A stretch of DNA of 64,000 nt, taken from positions 3,720,001 through 3,784,000 of the forward strand of contig OX597836.1 in assembly GCA_951406725.2 (NCBI GenBank), written 5' to 3'. Below are positions 39,936 to 55,789 of this stretch, one piece after another. Source of the stretch: Octopus vulgaris. Taxonomy: Eukaryota. The translations under genes and the position numbers were made by a program. Position 1 is the first letter of the stretch. Every line of letters starts with the position of its first letter. Under the pieces are notes generated by a model. That model was not told the DNA's origin, ran no database searches, and was given only the letters and a program-made list of their open reading frames with translations.

Positions 39936-40680
39936 AGAGCCAGACTAACGATCGAAGCAAACACAAGGAATGCTGCCATTAAAGACACGCTGTTTGTTGA
40001 TGATGCCGATATCTCTCCAGACTCCAGACTCCAGATGCTGATATCTCTGCAGAAATTACAAAACTTCAGGGTCAAATTCTCAGAAACTTGCGCTCTGTTT
40101 GATTTCTCAAAGAGTTACAATAAGATCCACGTCATACCACAAGACGCTCCTCCACCTTCTTGCATTAAGCTCAAAGACAAAGAACTGGACGTGGTATAAG
40201 AGATTAAGTAATTTGACTTGGCTGTAGAACACGAGAAGCGCACCAGAAAACCAATTGTTACTCTCTCAAGGCTTACGAAAACGTATGGAAGTATGAACGG
40301 ATCAGAATATCAAACAAGGTCGAAGTGTACAAGGGTTGTTTTCTCGATACATTTCTGTATGCTAGTGAGTTCCTATAAGCATACTTTCCACCCGAATACG
40401 TCCTTCAGGTGATTTTCAGGGTGGGGTGTCCATGTAGATTTCTTGGGATCAAACGGCAGGAAAGAATTTACAACATGATTTACTTATAAAGACATCATCG
40501 TCGATGCTCACCTTCTTCCGACTTTTTTTAGACTTTAATAACTTGGACATGCCTGTCACATTGGTGGTACTCATATTCCCCCTAAAACCTGCGACATTGT
40601 GAACTAGTATTTGGGTTGAGAGGTAAAGGTCGATCTCACCAGAGATTCAACGATCTGATGTAAAAGCAACCAGCATCGAA
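39936..40680 (+). mobile_element. RTE-clade LINE reverse transcriptase fragment, decayed
   Basis: IKDTLFVDDA (LFADD motif)...LQ...FSETCALF...QDAPPPSCIKLKDKELDVV, then LSRLTK; stops and frameshifts. Confidence 0.75.
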
Positions 40681-40833
40681 CCTGACATCAGGCCTCTATA
40701 CAAACTTCATCAGGTTGTCGTTTGGTTCAGGGAGTTTTCAGAGCAGAGTATAAAACCCTCATGAGATTTGAATGGATAAAACGAGAAAAAGGATTTTATA
40801 TTTACACACATATAATCCACGTTTGACACGACA

Positions 40834-40922
<89 letters not shown>
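40834..40922. repeat. (ATCT)n microsatellite
   Basis: Direct reading. Confidence 0.95.
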
Positions 40923-41271
40923 CTCAGTCTTATTAAATTATGTATGTGCACATATACACACATTCATAAATAAATACATACACCTGTACAAACACATACA
41001 TAAATACGTAGATACGCCTATACAAACATGCATGCACACACACACACACGCGGATATATAATTGACGATTTTAAAGACTAGTTCTATACTTGATATAATT
41101 CGAAATTTCATTCAAATTTATTGAAGAATTAAGTAAACTTTTACAAAAATATATTTTCGTTGTGTTTGAAAATCATTTATCTCACACGTACATACGTATG
41201 CATAGGCATATATAAATATATATATGAGTATAGATACATATGAATATATATGTATGTTTACAAAGTACATA

Positions 41272-41307
<36 letters not shown>

Positions 41308-41447
41308 AGTATATGTATATATGTACATATAAGTACGCGAATATACGTATATGTATGTGTGTATACATTTTTATATATATATACGTACATATATATATTT
41401 GCATACATATATATATATATTCATATATATATGTACGTATATATATA

Positions 41448-41503
<56 letters not shown>

Positions 41504-41906
41504 ACGTATATATATATATACATACATATACTTATACACATGCATATATGCCATAGTATATATAAGCGCGTGTGTGTGTCTATATATAGATATATGTGTG
41601 TGGCGGGTGCATTGTGTGTGTAAATATATACAATGAGGGTAGAGAGAGAAAGAGAGAGAGAGTGTGAGAGAGAGAGAGAGAGAGAAAAGAGAAATGATGT
41701 TCTTGTACAGTCATCTATTTTATGGAAGATGGCGGAGAGAAAACAATGAAAACACAATCACAACCCATCATTCAATTTATCTATTTTCGTTCTCCAATTA
41801 TTTCTGACACTAATTACTTTATATGCGATCATGCACACAGCCACATCAACACGCACACATCACAGATACACACATATATATACATGCACACACACATGCA
41901 TATACA

Positions 41907-41948
<42 letters not shown>

Positions 41949-42015
41949 TATATACATATAGTCATCCTTATGCAAATATTTTGAAATGCACACACATTTA
42001 TATATGAATGCATAC

Positions 42016-42068
<53 letters not shown>

Positions 42069-42129
42069 TATGTATGTATTAATATATATATATATATATG
42101 TTCATGTATGTTGGTATATATATCCATCT

Positions 42130-42172
<43 letters not shown>

Positions 42173-42192
42173 AGTATATGTATACACAAATA

Positions 42193-42266
<74 letters not shown>

Positions 42267-42608
42267 CATATACATATATATATGTGGACGGAAGATCTAT
42301 TCATATGAAGGATGTGAACAATGCATCTGTCTTTGTGCACGGATGTGCTCACCGATAATGAGTATTCGTGTATGAGTATATGCATGTATATATACATATG
42401 GACTGAAATATATAAAAATATATTTATTTATGTATGTATGTGTGTGTGCATGTATGTTTGTTTGTATCCATGTATGAGCGGAGCCGTGATATATATTGAA
42501 GAAGAATTCATTACCTACGTATATCTAGAGGTATAGATAAATACATACCTGTGGATGCAGCTATATATTCAATATATAGTTATATATATATATACATATA
42601 TATAGTTA

Positions 42609-42681
<73 letters not shown>

Positions 42682-42811
42682 GTATAAATATATATAACTA
42701 TATATATGTATATGTATATATATATGTATATATATATGTATATATATATATATATATATGTGCATAGCTAAATACATACGTGCGTGTATGTATATGTATA
42801 TACACAGTCAG

Positions 42812-43033
<222 letters not shown>

Positions 43034-43606
43034 AGGTGTGTATGAGGTGTCTTATAAAAGTGTGTGCAATAGTTGAGATGTATGTGTTTGTGCTCATATG
43101 CACAACGTGCTCATGCGCATTCGCAGACTCTCACCCACACACGCACCCAGACGTGCCCATCCCTCCCCAATGCTTCACACTTTCCATTATAGCTGTAAAT
43201 ATTATATTTTTCCAACAACCTGCTGGCTTTTCTCACACACATATTGGTCAATTAAAAATTAGACTACGTGCTTATATATATCATTGATCTTTGTTTCTAT
43301 ATCACTGTGTATGTATATGTATGTATGTGCGTGTATGTATGTATGTATATGTATGTATGTATGTGTGTGTATGTATGTATGTGTGTGTATGTTTGTATGT
43401 GTGTGTATGTATGTATGTATGTATGTATGTATGTATGTATGTATGTATGTGTGTGTATGTATGTATGTATTTATGTATGTATGTGTGTATGTATGTATGT
43501 ATGTATTATGTATGTATGTATGTATGTATGTTTGTATATATGTATGTATGTATGTATGTACGTATGTTTGTATGTGTGTGTGTATGTATGTATGTATGTA
43601 TGTATG

Positions 43607-43639
<33 letters not shown>

Positions 43640-44208
43640 TTGTATGCGTGTGTATGTATATATGTATGTATCTACTTATGTACGTATGCATGCTGTTATG
43701 ATTGTGAATATGTAAGTAGATCTGGATGTATGCATGTACCTGTATATTTATCTCTCTCTATCTCCTTCTCTTCCACTCTCTCCCTCCTCCTCTCTGTCTA
43801 TTTGTCTATACACATAAATGTATATATATATGTATGTGTATGTATGTGTGTTTGTATGTGTGTGTATGTATATATATATATATACATACATACATGAACA
43901 CACATACATTACTTGGATATATATATGTGTGTATGTGTGTGTGTGTATATATATATGTATATATATGTATATGTATATATGTATATTTACACACACACAC
44001 ACACATATATATGTATGTACACGTATATATACCTATATATATAATTCAATGTATTTCAACGCCTACGCAGAAACACATACAGGCAGACACATACACACGC
44101 ATACCATGACACACACACACCGATAAAAAACACAGATATTGCTCTCTCTCTCTCCATCGATCTCTGACATTTCTTCCTTTCTTTATCTCTCACTAAATAT
44201 ACACGTGT

Positions 44209-44301
<93 letters not shown>

Positions 44302-44608
44302 TTTTATGCTGTGGAATTGATAGAGATTCTTCTGATAAGTGTAAAACAAAGAACAATGATGGGAGGAAGCAAATGTAAGAATGGGAGAAAAAAAAAACGC
44401 GATGTCAGAGAAATAACTACGCACACATTTTGTAATTATATTTTGTTTTAACATTTCTGTCCATCCATACTTTAATTTACGCTTGATCAGTACGGATATT
44501 GTCTATAGACAATATCTCCATCCATCAACCATACATTCAAACATACATACAAAAATACATACAAAAATACATTCGCATATATATACATATGCATACATAT
44601 ATACATAC

Positions 44609-44714
<106 letters not shown>

Positions 44715-44854
44715 GTATATATACATATAGAATGTGGGTGCAGTCCCCACAACCAAAATTTCAGAGGTACAGGATTCGAATCTTTCTAGAATCTTGGTTA
44801 CCAGTTTTTTCCCGTCTTCTAAGGGTATTTACCCAGTTATCCTTTTTTTCTTTT

Positions 44855-45170
44855 ATTCTTTTTCTTATGTCAGTCATTTGAGTGCGGCCATGCTGGAGCA
44901 ACGCCTTTAGTCGAGCAAATTGTCCCCAGGACTTATTCTTTGTAAGCCCAGTAATTATTCTATCGGTCTCTCTTGCCGAACCGCTATGTAATGGAGGCGT
45001 AAACACACCAGCATGTTGGGGACGAACGCAGACACACAAACACACACACAAACACACATACACACACATATATATACATATATACGACGGGATTCTCTCA
45101 GTTTCTCAGTCTACCAAATCCACTCACAAGGCTTTGGTCGGCCCGAGGATATAGTAGAAGACACTTGGTT
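44855..45170 (-). mobile_element. SINE family B, head missing; a head-like piece lies at about 45600-45680
   Basis: cagtcatttgagtgcggccatgctggagca...ctaccaaatccactcacaaggctttggtcggccc. Confidence 0.8.
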
Positions 45171-45235
45171 GGTATGCAAGCTACACCCGATCTTCTAAGC
45201 TATTTTCACAGCTATTCCGCATTCGAGATTCATAT

Positions 45236-45286
<51 letters not shown>

Positions 45287-45912
45287 AGTGTATGTATGTA
45301 TATGTGTGTGTATGTGTGCGTGTGTATGAAATTAAGGAATGCGTACGTTACATATATGATATTTACAGGATTAAATAAAGACAACAAACGGAAAAATTCG
45401 ATGCTCCTATGTCTCGTGCTTTTATGTTTTGGTCCTATTCCCGGCAAGTTTCTTGCCGGTACCTCCAGAGTGGAAGTAATATTATCGATAACGAGTCGAA
45501 ATTGCGTTTGACCCTCTGGCCCATAATTGATGAGGAAATGGTGGCCTTTTATGTTTTCTGTTCGCCTGTGTATTTAGTATATATTCATATGTTTATTTAC
45601 TACAAGGTACTACATGGTGGAAGTGAACCCGGAACCATGTGGTTGGGATGCAAGCATTTTACTACTCTTACGCCTACGTCTGTATATACATATATACATA
45701 CACGTGCGCACACACACACACGCACAAACACACATATGCATGTACGGCTTTGACACAATTGTTAAAGAGTTGATCAAAAATTCGCACATAATTTCCTGTT
45801 GAAATTGCTATAAATTATTCAGTCCGATGCGATTTTTGTCGGAAATTCTAGAGAAAAAGCTAGGTAGATACTTAGAGAAAGAAAGAGAGAAACAACGAGA
45901 GAAAGATAGAGG

Positions 45913-45965
<53 letters not shown>

Positions 45966-46211
45966 TAAGAGATAAGTAAAGAAAGGTAGGGCAAGGAGAT
46001 TTGTGGAGGTAAATTTGCATATTCACCATATCTGTGCAGGTCGGTCATTGATTCACTTTTTTCTATTCTTGATAAGGGATTTTTATAGCCGAAATATTGA
46101 AATAAAAGTTGAAAGTGTAAATTTTAAATTTTGTTTCGCCTTTTCGTTCACTGTGCTATTTCCACTTCCACCTCTTTCTCTCACACACTCTCTCTCTTTC
46201 TCTACATACGC

Positions 46212-46242
<31 letters not shown>

Positions 46243-46342
46243 TATGATGTATATATATATATATATACATATCTATGCATCTACACACATGCACAGATAT
46301 ATATATATGCATACAAACACACACATATATATATATATAGTG

Positions 46343-46373
<31 letters not shown>

Positions 46374-46822
46374 GCATATATATATATGTATAAACATGCA
46401 TGTATTCATATTCATATGAAAATATATGCATAAATATATACACCCCAACAGCTATATATGTATCTGGGCATAAAATAAACATATACATACAGGTACAGAT
46501 ATGCATACAAACGTGTATACGTACTTACATGCATACATATACATACACACACACACACACGCAAGAGTGCACACACACACACACACACACTCACACATAA
46601 GCACATATATGCGTGAATACACATGTATCTGTTCAATAATGGTCGATATAGTCAATAATTTCCTATCATCCTCAGATGGACATTATCATGCTCATGAACA
46701 ACCAATTGTAGGCGCGCATGTATTCTAAAAGGAAACAATTTAACTTTTGACACAGACACCAGTATACAGGCCTGTCTATATACACAAATGCGTATACACA
46801 GGTATACATATATATTTACACG

Positions 46823-46888
<66 letters not shown>

Positions 46889-47172
46889 GATGGAAAGATA
46901 AATAATTATACATGTATACATATGCATGCATAAAATTTCATATATATATATATGCGTGTGTATGTATGTATATATGTATATATGCACACATATAGATGTG
47001 TATATGTATATTGTATGTGTTTATACACATTTATGTTTATGTATATCACATATATATATATTTATGAATACACACACGTATTCACACACTTTCTATACAT
47101 ATAAATGCATAAATGTATGTTCTAATATGTGTATAATGTGTATGTATGTATGTATGTATGTATGTATATATG

Positions 47173-47245
<73 letters not shown>

Positions 47246-48258
47246 TTGTGTGTATGCATATATATATGTATATATATACATACATATATATACGGATATA
47301 TTTACATATATGTATACGTATACATGTAAATATATATATATATATACATGCATGAGTATATGTTTGTGTGTGCGTGTGTGTGTGTGTGTGTTTCTGTATG
47401 TGTTTATATAGTTATTAAATATATGACACCTTGAAACTAAGAGCAAGAAATCCCATCCGTCTTGTGTTCTGCTTACTCCGGCGGATGATGTAATGATGTG
47501 AATATTACACCATCATCTCTGTATGTTACAACAGCGCCACCTTATTGATAATTATAGAAAAAAAGGGGAGAGAATAAATCAATAAGCATATAGAAAAATG
47601 TCTTCTCTCAAGTTGAGTTAATAAGAATTTCAAAGCCTAATCTGAAACTGTATCGAAAATGAAGTCTTGGTCGAAAATTAAAATGAAGGCAGATGAAACT
47701 TGCATATTTGCGTATGTGTGTGCTTGAGTGTGTGTGGTTGTCTGTCTGTGTGTGTTTGAACAATGGTAGTCGCCTATTATAATCGCAAATATTATTAATA
47801 AACGGTTGCTCTTATAAGAATTTGTAGGTCTTAAAGTGTTTAAGACGAATTATCGAGTGATTATCGCTATCGAACAGGTAGTTTGCTTTACAACCACGCG
47901 GTCTCGGTTTCCGTCCCACAACGTAGCACCTTAAGCAAATATTTTCTACTATTGCCCCAAACCACGAACGCTTGGTGAGTGAACTTGGTTGACGGAAACT
48001 GTGTCAATCCTGTCCGAAACGAATTTCCTCTCCGATCGACACATCTTTTACATTTTACTTTTTTACTTGTTTCAAACAGACTACGACCAAGCTGGGGCAC
48101 CACCCCGAATTATTTTAGTTTAGTCGAACGAATTAACCACATTATTTATTTTTTTAAAAGCCTAATACTTATTCCATAAGTTTCTTTTGCCGAACCGCTA
48201 CACAACGCCACTCCATATCTATGTATACATATATGTTTGTTAAGTGTTTAACATATAT

Positions 48259-48332
<74 letters not shown>

Positions 48333-49105
48333 CAAAGATGAGGTCTGAAATTTTGAGCGAAGTGGTTTAGTCGATAACCTGGACCCCCTTTCCCTATCTG
48401 ACTGGTACTTCATGTATTTGACATGACGAAAGCGAAGTTGGACTCGAGGGTATTTGAACTCAGAACTTAAGGAGCCTCAAAAATAGAAAAATAATTGTCA
48501 CAAGGTATTGAAAGCAATCACATACGCCGAATTATTAATAACAGCAATTAAAAACTCTCTGACAGAGAGCCAGAAACAAATTTTTCAAAATGACGAAGTA
48601 ACTACAAAATATTTAAAAGAAATTATGAAAGGGTTGGATAAAAAAAAAAGAAAAAAAGAAATCATAAACTTAAGAACAATCATTAAAAAATAAAATTCCT
48701 GGAAACGAGGAAAAGAAAAGAAGGCGGAGAAAAAATCTGACGTTGATTCGCCATTTTTCTAAACGCTTGGCTTCATTCCAGCTTTCAAACAATTAAATCC
48801 TCATCAAAACCCAGATGATTAGTTCTGCCTCTTTAGCTCCCCCCCAGCTGACCCAAGCCGTTTTTCCATACATTAGGTCATCGACACCATTACCACATAC
48901 GGTCATTCGTTGCCATCGACCTTTCTCTCCTCCTCCTCCACGTCCTCCTCCTCTTCGGCATCTTCCTCCTCCCTGTCATTAACGGCCACCATGATCATCA
49001 TAATCATCATAATCGTCATCAAACAACATGGCTCTTCTCGATCAGGAGTCCGGCCTTAAAAAGAGAAAAAAAATCGACATTAAATGATGATCACCAATAA
49101 TTACA

Positions 49106-49195
49106 TTATCATCATCATCATCATCATCACCATCACCATCATTGTCATCATCATCATCATCATCGTCACCGTCATGACTTTCATCATCATCATCG

Positions 49196-49232
<37 letters not shown>

Positions 49233-49321
49233 TATCATCCTCATCATCCTCATCCTCATCCTCCTCATCATCATCACCATCGTCATCGTTATCGTCATCG
49301 TCATCGTCATCATCATCGTCG

Positions 49322-49358
<37 letters not shown>

Positions 49359-49359
49359 T

Positions 49360-49421
<62 letters not shown>

Positions 49422-49465
49422 TTTCATCTTCATCATCATCATCGTCATCATCATCATTTTCATCC

Positions 49466-49516
<51 letters not shown>

Positions 49517-49583
49517 CCATCCTCATCGTCATCATTTTCATCCTCATCATCATCATTTTCATCCTAATCATCATCATCGTCAT

Positions 49584-49624
<41 letters not shown>

Positions 49625-49630
49625 GCAGCC
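49106..49630. repeat. (ATC)n followed by (AGC)n microsatellite
   Basis: Direct reading. Confidence 0.95.
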
Positions 49631-50324
49631 GTTCAAGAATTTGGACCTGGAGATCTCCATTTCCAGCGACTTCGAGGGCCACCTCCCAGTGGTGTCGGGC
49701 GTCATCGAAGAGCCCTCGACTACAACAAGACGACCAAAGTTTTTTTTTCCAAGGTCTCGGGTCTCCCGCCCCTAAACTCTAGACCATCCCCTAATCACCC
49801 TTACCCGTCTTGTTGCTTAACAGCAACAACAACAACAACAACAACAATAACAACAGCAGTAGCAGCAGCAACAGCAGCAACAGCAGCAACAAGCATTATC
49901 ATAATCCCCATCACCATAATAATCATCTCGTCATCCCAACGCCTCCACCACTACCACCAGCACAACCCCTCTCCACCGCTGCCGCTGCCACCATAACTGC
50001 AACCACCACCGCCACCACCGCCATCACCACCGCCACCACCGCCACCACCACCGCCAAGACCGCTGTCGCTGTTCCCCCTCACCCCATCCGATGCCACCGG
50101 ATTCTCTCATCATTTGAATGTAGCCGAATTCTCTATCAGCGTTTCTCATTGGTTAAACCGTTTGCATTTTCTTTAAAGGAACACTCTCAATATGAAGAGT
50201 ATTACCACCGATTCCACCAAACCGGGTCGTTTAAGCGACTTGCTGATTGGCTAAAATCGCGATAGTAAATTTCAGCTCGCCGGAGCCAATCAGAAAGTAT
50301 TTAAACGAAGAAAAAATTAGGTTC

Positions 50325-50479
50325 GAGTGGCTGTGTGGTAAGTAGCTTGTTTACCAACCACATTGTTCTGGGTTCAGTCCCACTACGTGGCACCTTGGGA
50401 AAGTGTCTTCTACTATAGCCTCGGGCCGACCAAAGCCTTGTGAGTGTATTTGGTAGACGGAAACTGAAAGAAGCCTGTC

Positions 50480-50531
<52 letters not shown>

Positions 50532-50715
50532 TTCTCACACTCTATGCATATGTTTGTGTGTCTGTGTTTGTCCCTCCCAATGTCGCTTGACAACAGATGT
50601 TGGTATGTTTACAAAGAATAAATCCCGGGGGTCGATTTCTTTGACTAAAACTTATGAAGACGTTGCTCCAGTATGGCCGTAGTCAAACGACTGAAACAAG
50701 TAAACGAATAAAAGA
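50325..50715 (+). mobile_element. SINE family B
   Basis: gagtggctgtgtggtaagtagc...ggttcagtccc...internal (TA)n...ctgaaacaagtaaa. Confidence 0.88.
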
Positions 50716-51611
50716 ACTACAAGTGTAAATAAGCTAAATTTGCTTCCACCGAGAATCGAAACCGTGTCTCATTGATTCCGCTTTTATAAACTATATTTAA
50801 TGTGGCTGATGTTTTCGCATCTTTAAAATAAGAAACACTTCAAGGAACTTTTCTCTTGCATTGTACGGAATAGCAATGTGATATCTGGTGGTGGTGGTGG
50901 TCGTGGTGGTGAAGTTTAATGGCGGTGTAGGTGTTGGTGTTGGCGTGGGCAGTGGTGGTGGTGTTGGCGGTGTGAGGGGGTATGGAAGCGTAGCCTCTGT
51001 TTGATGAATATCCAATGTATTTGGTCATGAATAATGGATATCAACTTTTCATGTTGTGACGTCTAAGGCGCATGCGCAGCGCGTACATAATGAACAGGTG
51101 CGTACGTATATCGTATACTGTATGTGTGTATGTGTGTGTGTGTGTGTGTGAATATATGTTGGATATGATTAAGCGTATATATGTGTGTGTGTATGTGTGT
51201 GCGCGCGAGCATATGTAAATGTCTATATACATCTATAAATATGCAAGTATGTATATATACATGTGTATAAAATGTTTATGTGTGTGTGTGTGTGTTGTCT
51301 TTAATAAAGGTGATCGTGTTTGTGTGCGATGTATATATAATTAGTTGATGCATTTTCATATAAGAGTCTCATATAAACGAAATGCGAGCAGATATGCTAC
51401 CGTTTGATAACATGCGCACAACCACACACACACACACACACACACACATTTATATCATATGTATATATGCATATGCATATTATATATATTCACATATGTA
51501 TATATGCATATATATATACACACAATTATAAAAAGATGCATATTCATGTACATTATCTAATTCATTATAGATGTATATCTATAGCTCACTGTCTCTCTCT
51601 CTCTCTCTCTT

Positions 51612-51646
<35 letters not shown>

Positions 51647-51879
51647 TTGTGAGTGTGTATTTATGTGTCTGTGTGTTTATTATAATTTACATGAATATAC
51701 ATAAATTCATTGAATCTATATGCTATAAAGTAATATATGTATGTATGTGTGTATGTATATATATATACAATGCATGAATGTGTATACGTATTTATGTGTG
51801 TGCATATATATATGTATATATATATATATACATACACATACGTATATAAACACACACACACACATATATATATATGTGT

Positions 51880-52095
51880 ATGTGTGTGTGTGTCTTTGTC
51901 CCCCATCATCGCTTGAGAGCCGATGTTGGTGTGCTTACGTGCTCTTAACTTAGCTGTTCCGCGAAAGAGAACGATACAACAAGCACCAGACTTAAAAAGA
52001 ATCAAAAGTCCTGGGGTCGGTTTTTTGGACAAAAATTCTTCAAGGCGGTGCCTCAGCATGGCCGCAGTCTAATGATTGAAACAAGTAAAAGGTAA
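51880..52095 (+). mobile_element. SINE family B, 3' half
   Basis: ccgatgttggtgtg...aaggcggtgcctcagcatggccgcagtc. Confidence 0.75.
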
Positions 52096-52110
52096 ATGGT
52101 GTAAGTTGTA

Positions 52111-52330
52111 TATAGGAGTGGGATGCTGAGAATTTCCTGGCTTTGGATAAAAAAAAAATATAGGAAGATCAGTTAATCATTATTTTATCCAACATATTTT
52201 CCCCTCACAGATTCACTTATTGCAGAGGTCTTTCAGTCCTTCTAAGTCCTGTAAAAGAACCCTAAAGAGTAGGATCCCAGTCAGGCCTTTCACGACACCT
52301 TTAAAGCCAGGAATTTCATCTCCCCCTTCT
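52111..52330. mobile_element. mariner-like MITE; second copy at about 57795-57965
   Basis: Inverted ends ttcctggcttt / aaagccaggaa; the internal block gcagaggtc.ttcagt...tgtaaaagaa is shared with the 57.8 kb copy. Confidence 0.55.
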
Positions 52331-52500
52331 TTTGACTGGATATAAAATATATGCTTAATATATATCTATTGTTTTAAGGGAATTTAATTCCCTAACGATG
52401 CTAGGTATTGAACCAGTATTTCCTTGGATGAAACCATCCCTTCACGAGGTTAACATATCCTCTAAATAAATTATATATATGTATATATATATACATACAT

Positions 52501-52605
<105 letters not shown>

Positions 52606-52617
52606 TGTATGTATGTA

Positions 52618-52648
<31 letters not shown>

Positions 52649-53617
52649 ATGTATATAAAACCTGTCATATGATTTGTTTGCTAGGCTGAAGGTACAACAA
52701 CTAGCTGTTCTCTGTACTCACAAAAGGACTGTAGGGAACGGCCAAGCTTCTTTTGTGAACAAGTGATGGGCCAACCATCAGAAATAGAAAAAGTCGGCGA
52801 ACAAAGAAAAAAAAAGTAGCTGAAATAGAAATGTCGAACAACACAGACAATATTGTCGAACCGAACAGCACAAAGATTTGAATGAAGCAGCCAAAACAGC
52901 GAGCAATACACAAGAAAGAATAAAAACCTAACCAAACAAAAATAGAACTATTAAAAGCTAACTTCAGCAACAATAATGGCGACAATATTTTGAAGTCAGT
53001 CCGTGAAATGGAAAGAAAGAGTATAAAAATATATACAGTTGAATAAAAGATGAAAAATGTTAATATAAATACGAACACAACGGAAAAAGAGTTTCGTAGA
53101 CATTCTTGTTGTAGTAATTGTTTCAATTTTGGCGCAAACCCAGCAGTTTTAGAGGGAAAAGGCTTTAGTCGATTATATCAACTTCTGTACTGGAGTGGTA
53201 CTTTGATTTATCGATCTCAGGAGGATGAACGGCAAAGTCAAGTTCAGTACCGGAGTGGTAATTCGTTTTATCGTCTACCGAGGGTACTTTGTGAACGACG
53301 AAAATTATGTTTAACGACGGGAAGTAATCCTGAATGGATTTAGAAAGACGAATAGCAAGAGAGGAGATAGATATCGACTAGTTAGGTGAGCGTCCGGTGA
53401 GAAAAAGGCAGAAAAAAGGGAAAATTGGTCACGGGTCACGTGTGAATGGTAGATGTGCAAGCGCTAAAACGTTAAATACTGAAAGCGCTTGCACATCTAT
53501 AAAAGCAAAACCAACACGCATTTTGTGAAATCTCTTCCCAAAGGTTAGTGTCTTTCGCCTTTCTAAAAAGGTTCTTTTCTCGATCTTAACTCTTTGAGAA
53601 AAAATCTTCTCTCTCTT

Positions 53618-53865
<248 letters not shown>

Positions 53866-53882
53866 TGTATATATATATATAT

Positions 53883-53929
<47 letters not shown>

Positions 53930-54348
53930 CGTATAAATGCACACCTATATTTTAATATGGTTTGTGCCTTCACGTGGGCAAATAAAAAATACTTAAATAA
54001 ATTATTTTACCCTGATGCATGGAACTACGATGTGATATCACTTCCTCGGAAAAGCATACTGGTTGCGTCGATGGTCGCTGCGGCAGTGGCGTTGGTGGCA
54101 ATGGCAGAGGTGGTGGTGGTGAAAGGTGGGTGGGTTGGCGTTGAAGCGTATCCTATGTTCGATGAATATCCAATGCGCTTCATCATGAATAATGGATGCC
54201 AACTTTAAATGCTTTGGACTTCTTCCGCGCATGCGCTGTGCAAATAACGAACGCTCGTGTTTATATATGTAATAATGTCTCTTTCTCTCTAGGTATGTTA
54301 TAAATGTGTTATGTCAGTGTGTATGTTACGTATACTTGTATATATATA

Positions 54349-54409
<61 letters not shown>

Positions 54410-54487
54410 ACGTACATATATATATATATACGTACGTACGTACACACATATACGACGGGCTTCTGCCTACCAAATCCACTCACAAGG

Positions 54488-54530
<43 letters not shown>

Positions 54531-54768
54531 TTACATATATATATATATATGTGTGTGTGTGTGTATGTTAAGTATACGTGGATATGATATCTATTTAATG
54601 AATGCGAATGACTGCATGTCTATGTAGTACACATGATCAGCTAGAGTGCTTTGAAGCATCGACTTAAATGAGGGCTGTTATGGCGAAAAGCGCGCTGATA
54701 TTTGTTGCATGGCCACAGTCAAATAACTGAAACTAATAAAAAATAATGCATATATATATATATAATAA

Positions 54769-54821
<53 letters not shown>

Positions 54822-54836
54822 GCACATTTATAAGTT

Positions 54837-54868
<32 letters not shown>

Positions 54869-55060
54869 GACATACATTCAGGCATATTTGTGCATATGTA
54901 TGCTTGTGTATATGTGTATAGTCTGTTATAGTCGGTTTATTACTTGATATGTGTGCGCATGCGTATATCCTTATGTATGAAGAACTATTAAACATATTTC
55001 TATGAGAGTACATACACTCATACGTACATACATACATACATACATACATACATACATACA

Positions 55061-55124
<64 letters not shown>

Positions 55125-55789
55125 TATATACCTACATACAAATATGTATGTAGGTATATCAGCGTGTAAAGGAAACTGATGGCTGTTACAACAGTACGAA
55201 CTTGGCTCTCTTTAAAATTTACCAAACCGACACACACAGACTCAGACACACGCACACGGACACACACACACACACACACACACGCACGCACATGACCACA
55301 CGCAAACACACACCTACGCGCGCGCATAATTATATCAATGCGTATGCTGGCTTTCCCATGCGTTTCTTGGTAAGTATGCGTGTGCGTGTGCGTTTGTATC
55401 TCTGTGCGTAAATGCAATAATATTTTCAGTCGTAATTGTACGTATTAGCTATACCAATAAAGCGTATATTTTATAGGATTTTCTTCGTATATTGGATTTA
55501 AAAATGAACATAATCCAGCCTCACAACCATCAACAGCGAACAAGAATTGAATAAAATATATTGGATTATCGAATTACTGCTATAGCAAATTTTATGCACT
55601 GCAAATTTTAACCAAATCTTGCCTTCAGACAATAAATATTTGACAAAAGAACTCAGTGACTACCCATGCAACAAGATTTACCGCCATAATTTCTTCATAT
55701 TTCAATAGCTTTTCGCTTCACAACTTTCTGCGGTTTCAAACTTCAAATAATTCGGTTGGGCTTTCGATTCTTAGCATTCTTGAAAAAGG

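Noticed and set aside
46678-46727. Acceptor-like site with short frame GHYHAHEQPIVGAHVF*
   Set aside because: Too short and unsupported; expected by chance
50998-51050. Possible SECIS or C/D snoRNA in the duplicated module (TGATGA, ATGA bulge)
   Set aside because: No 3' GA quartet partner or properly placed AA loop, no D box CTGA, and the second copy has CGATGA
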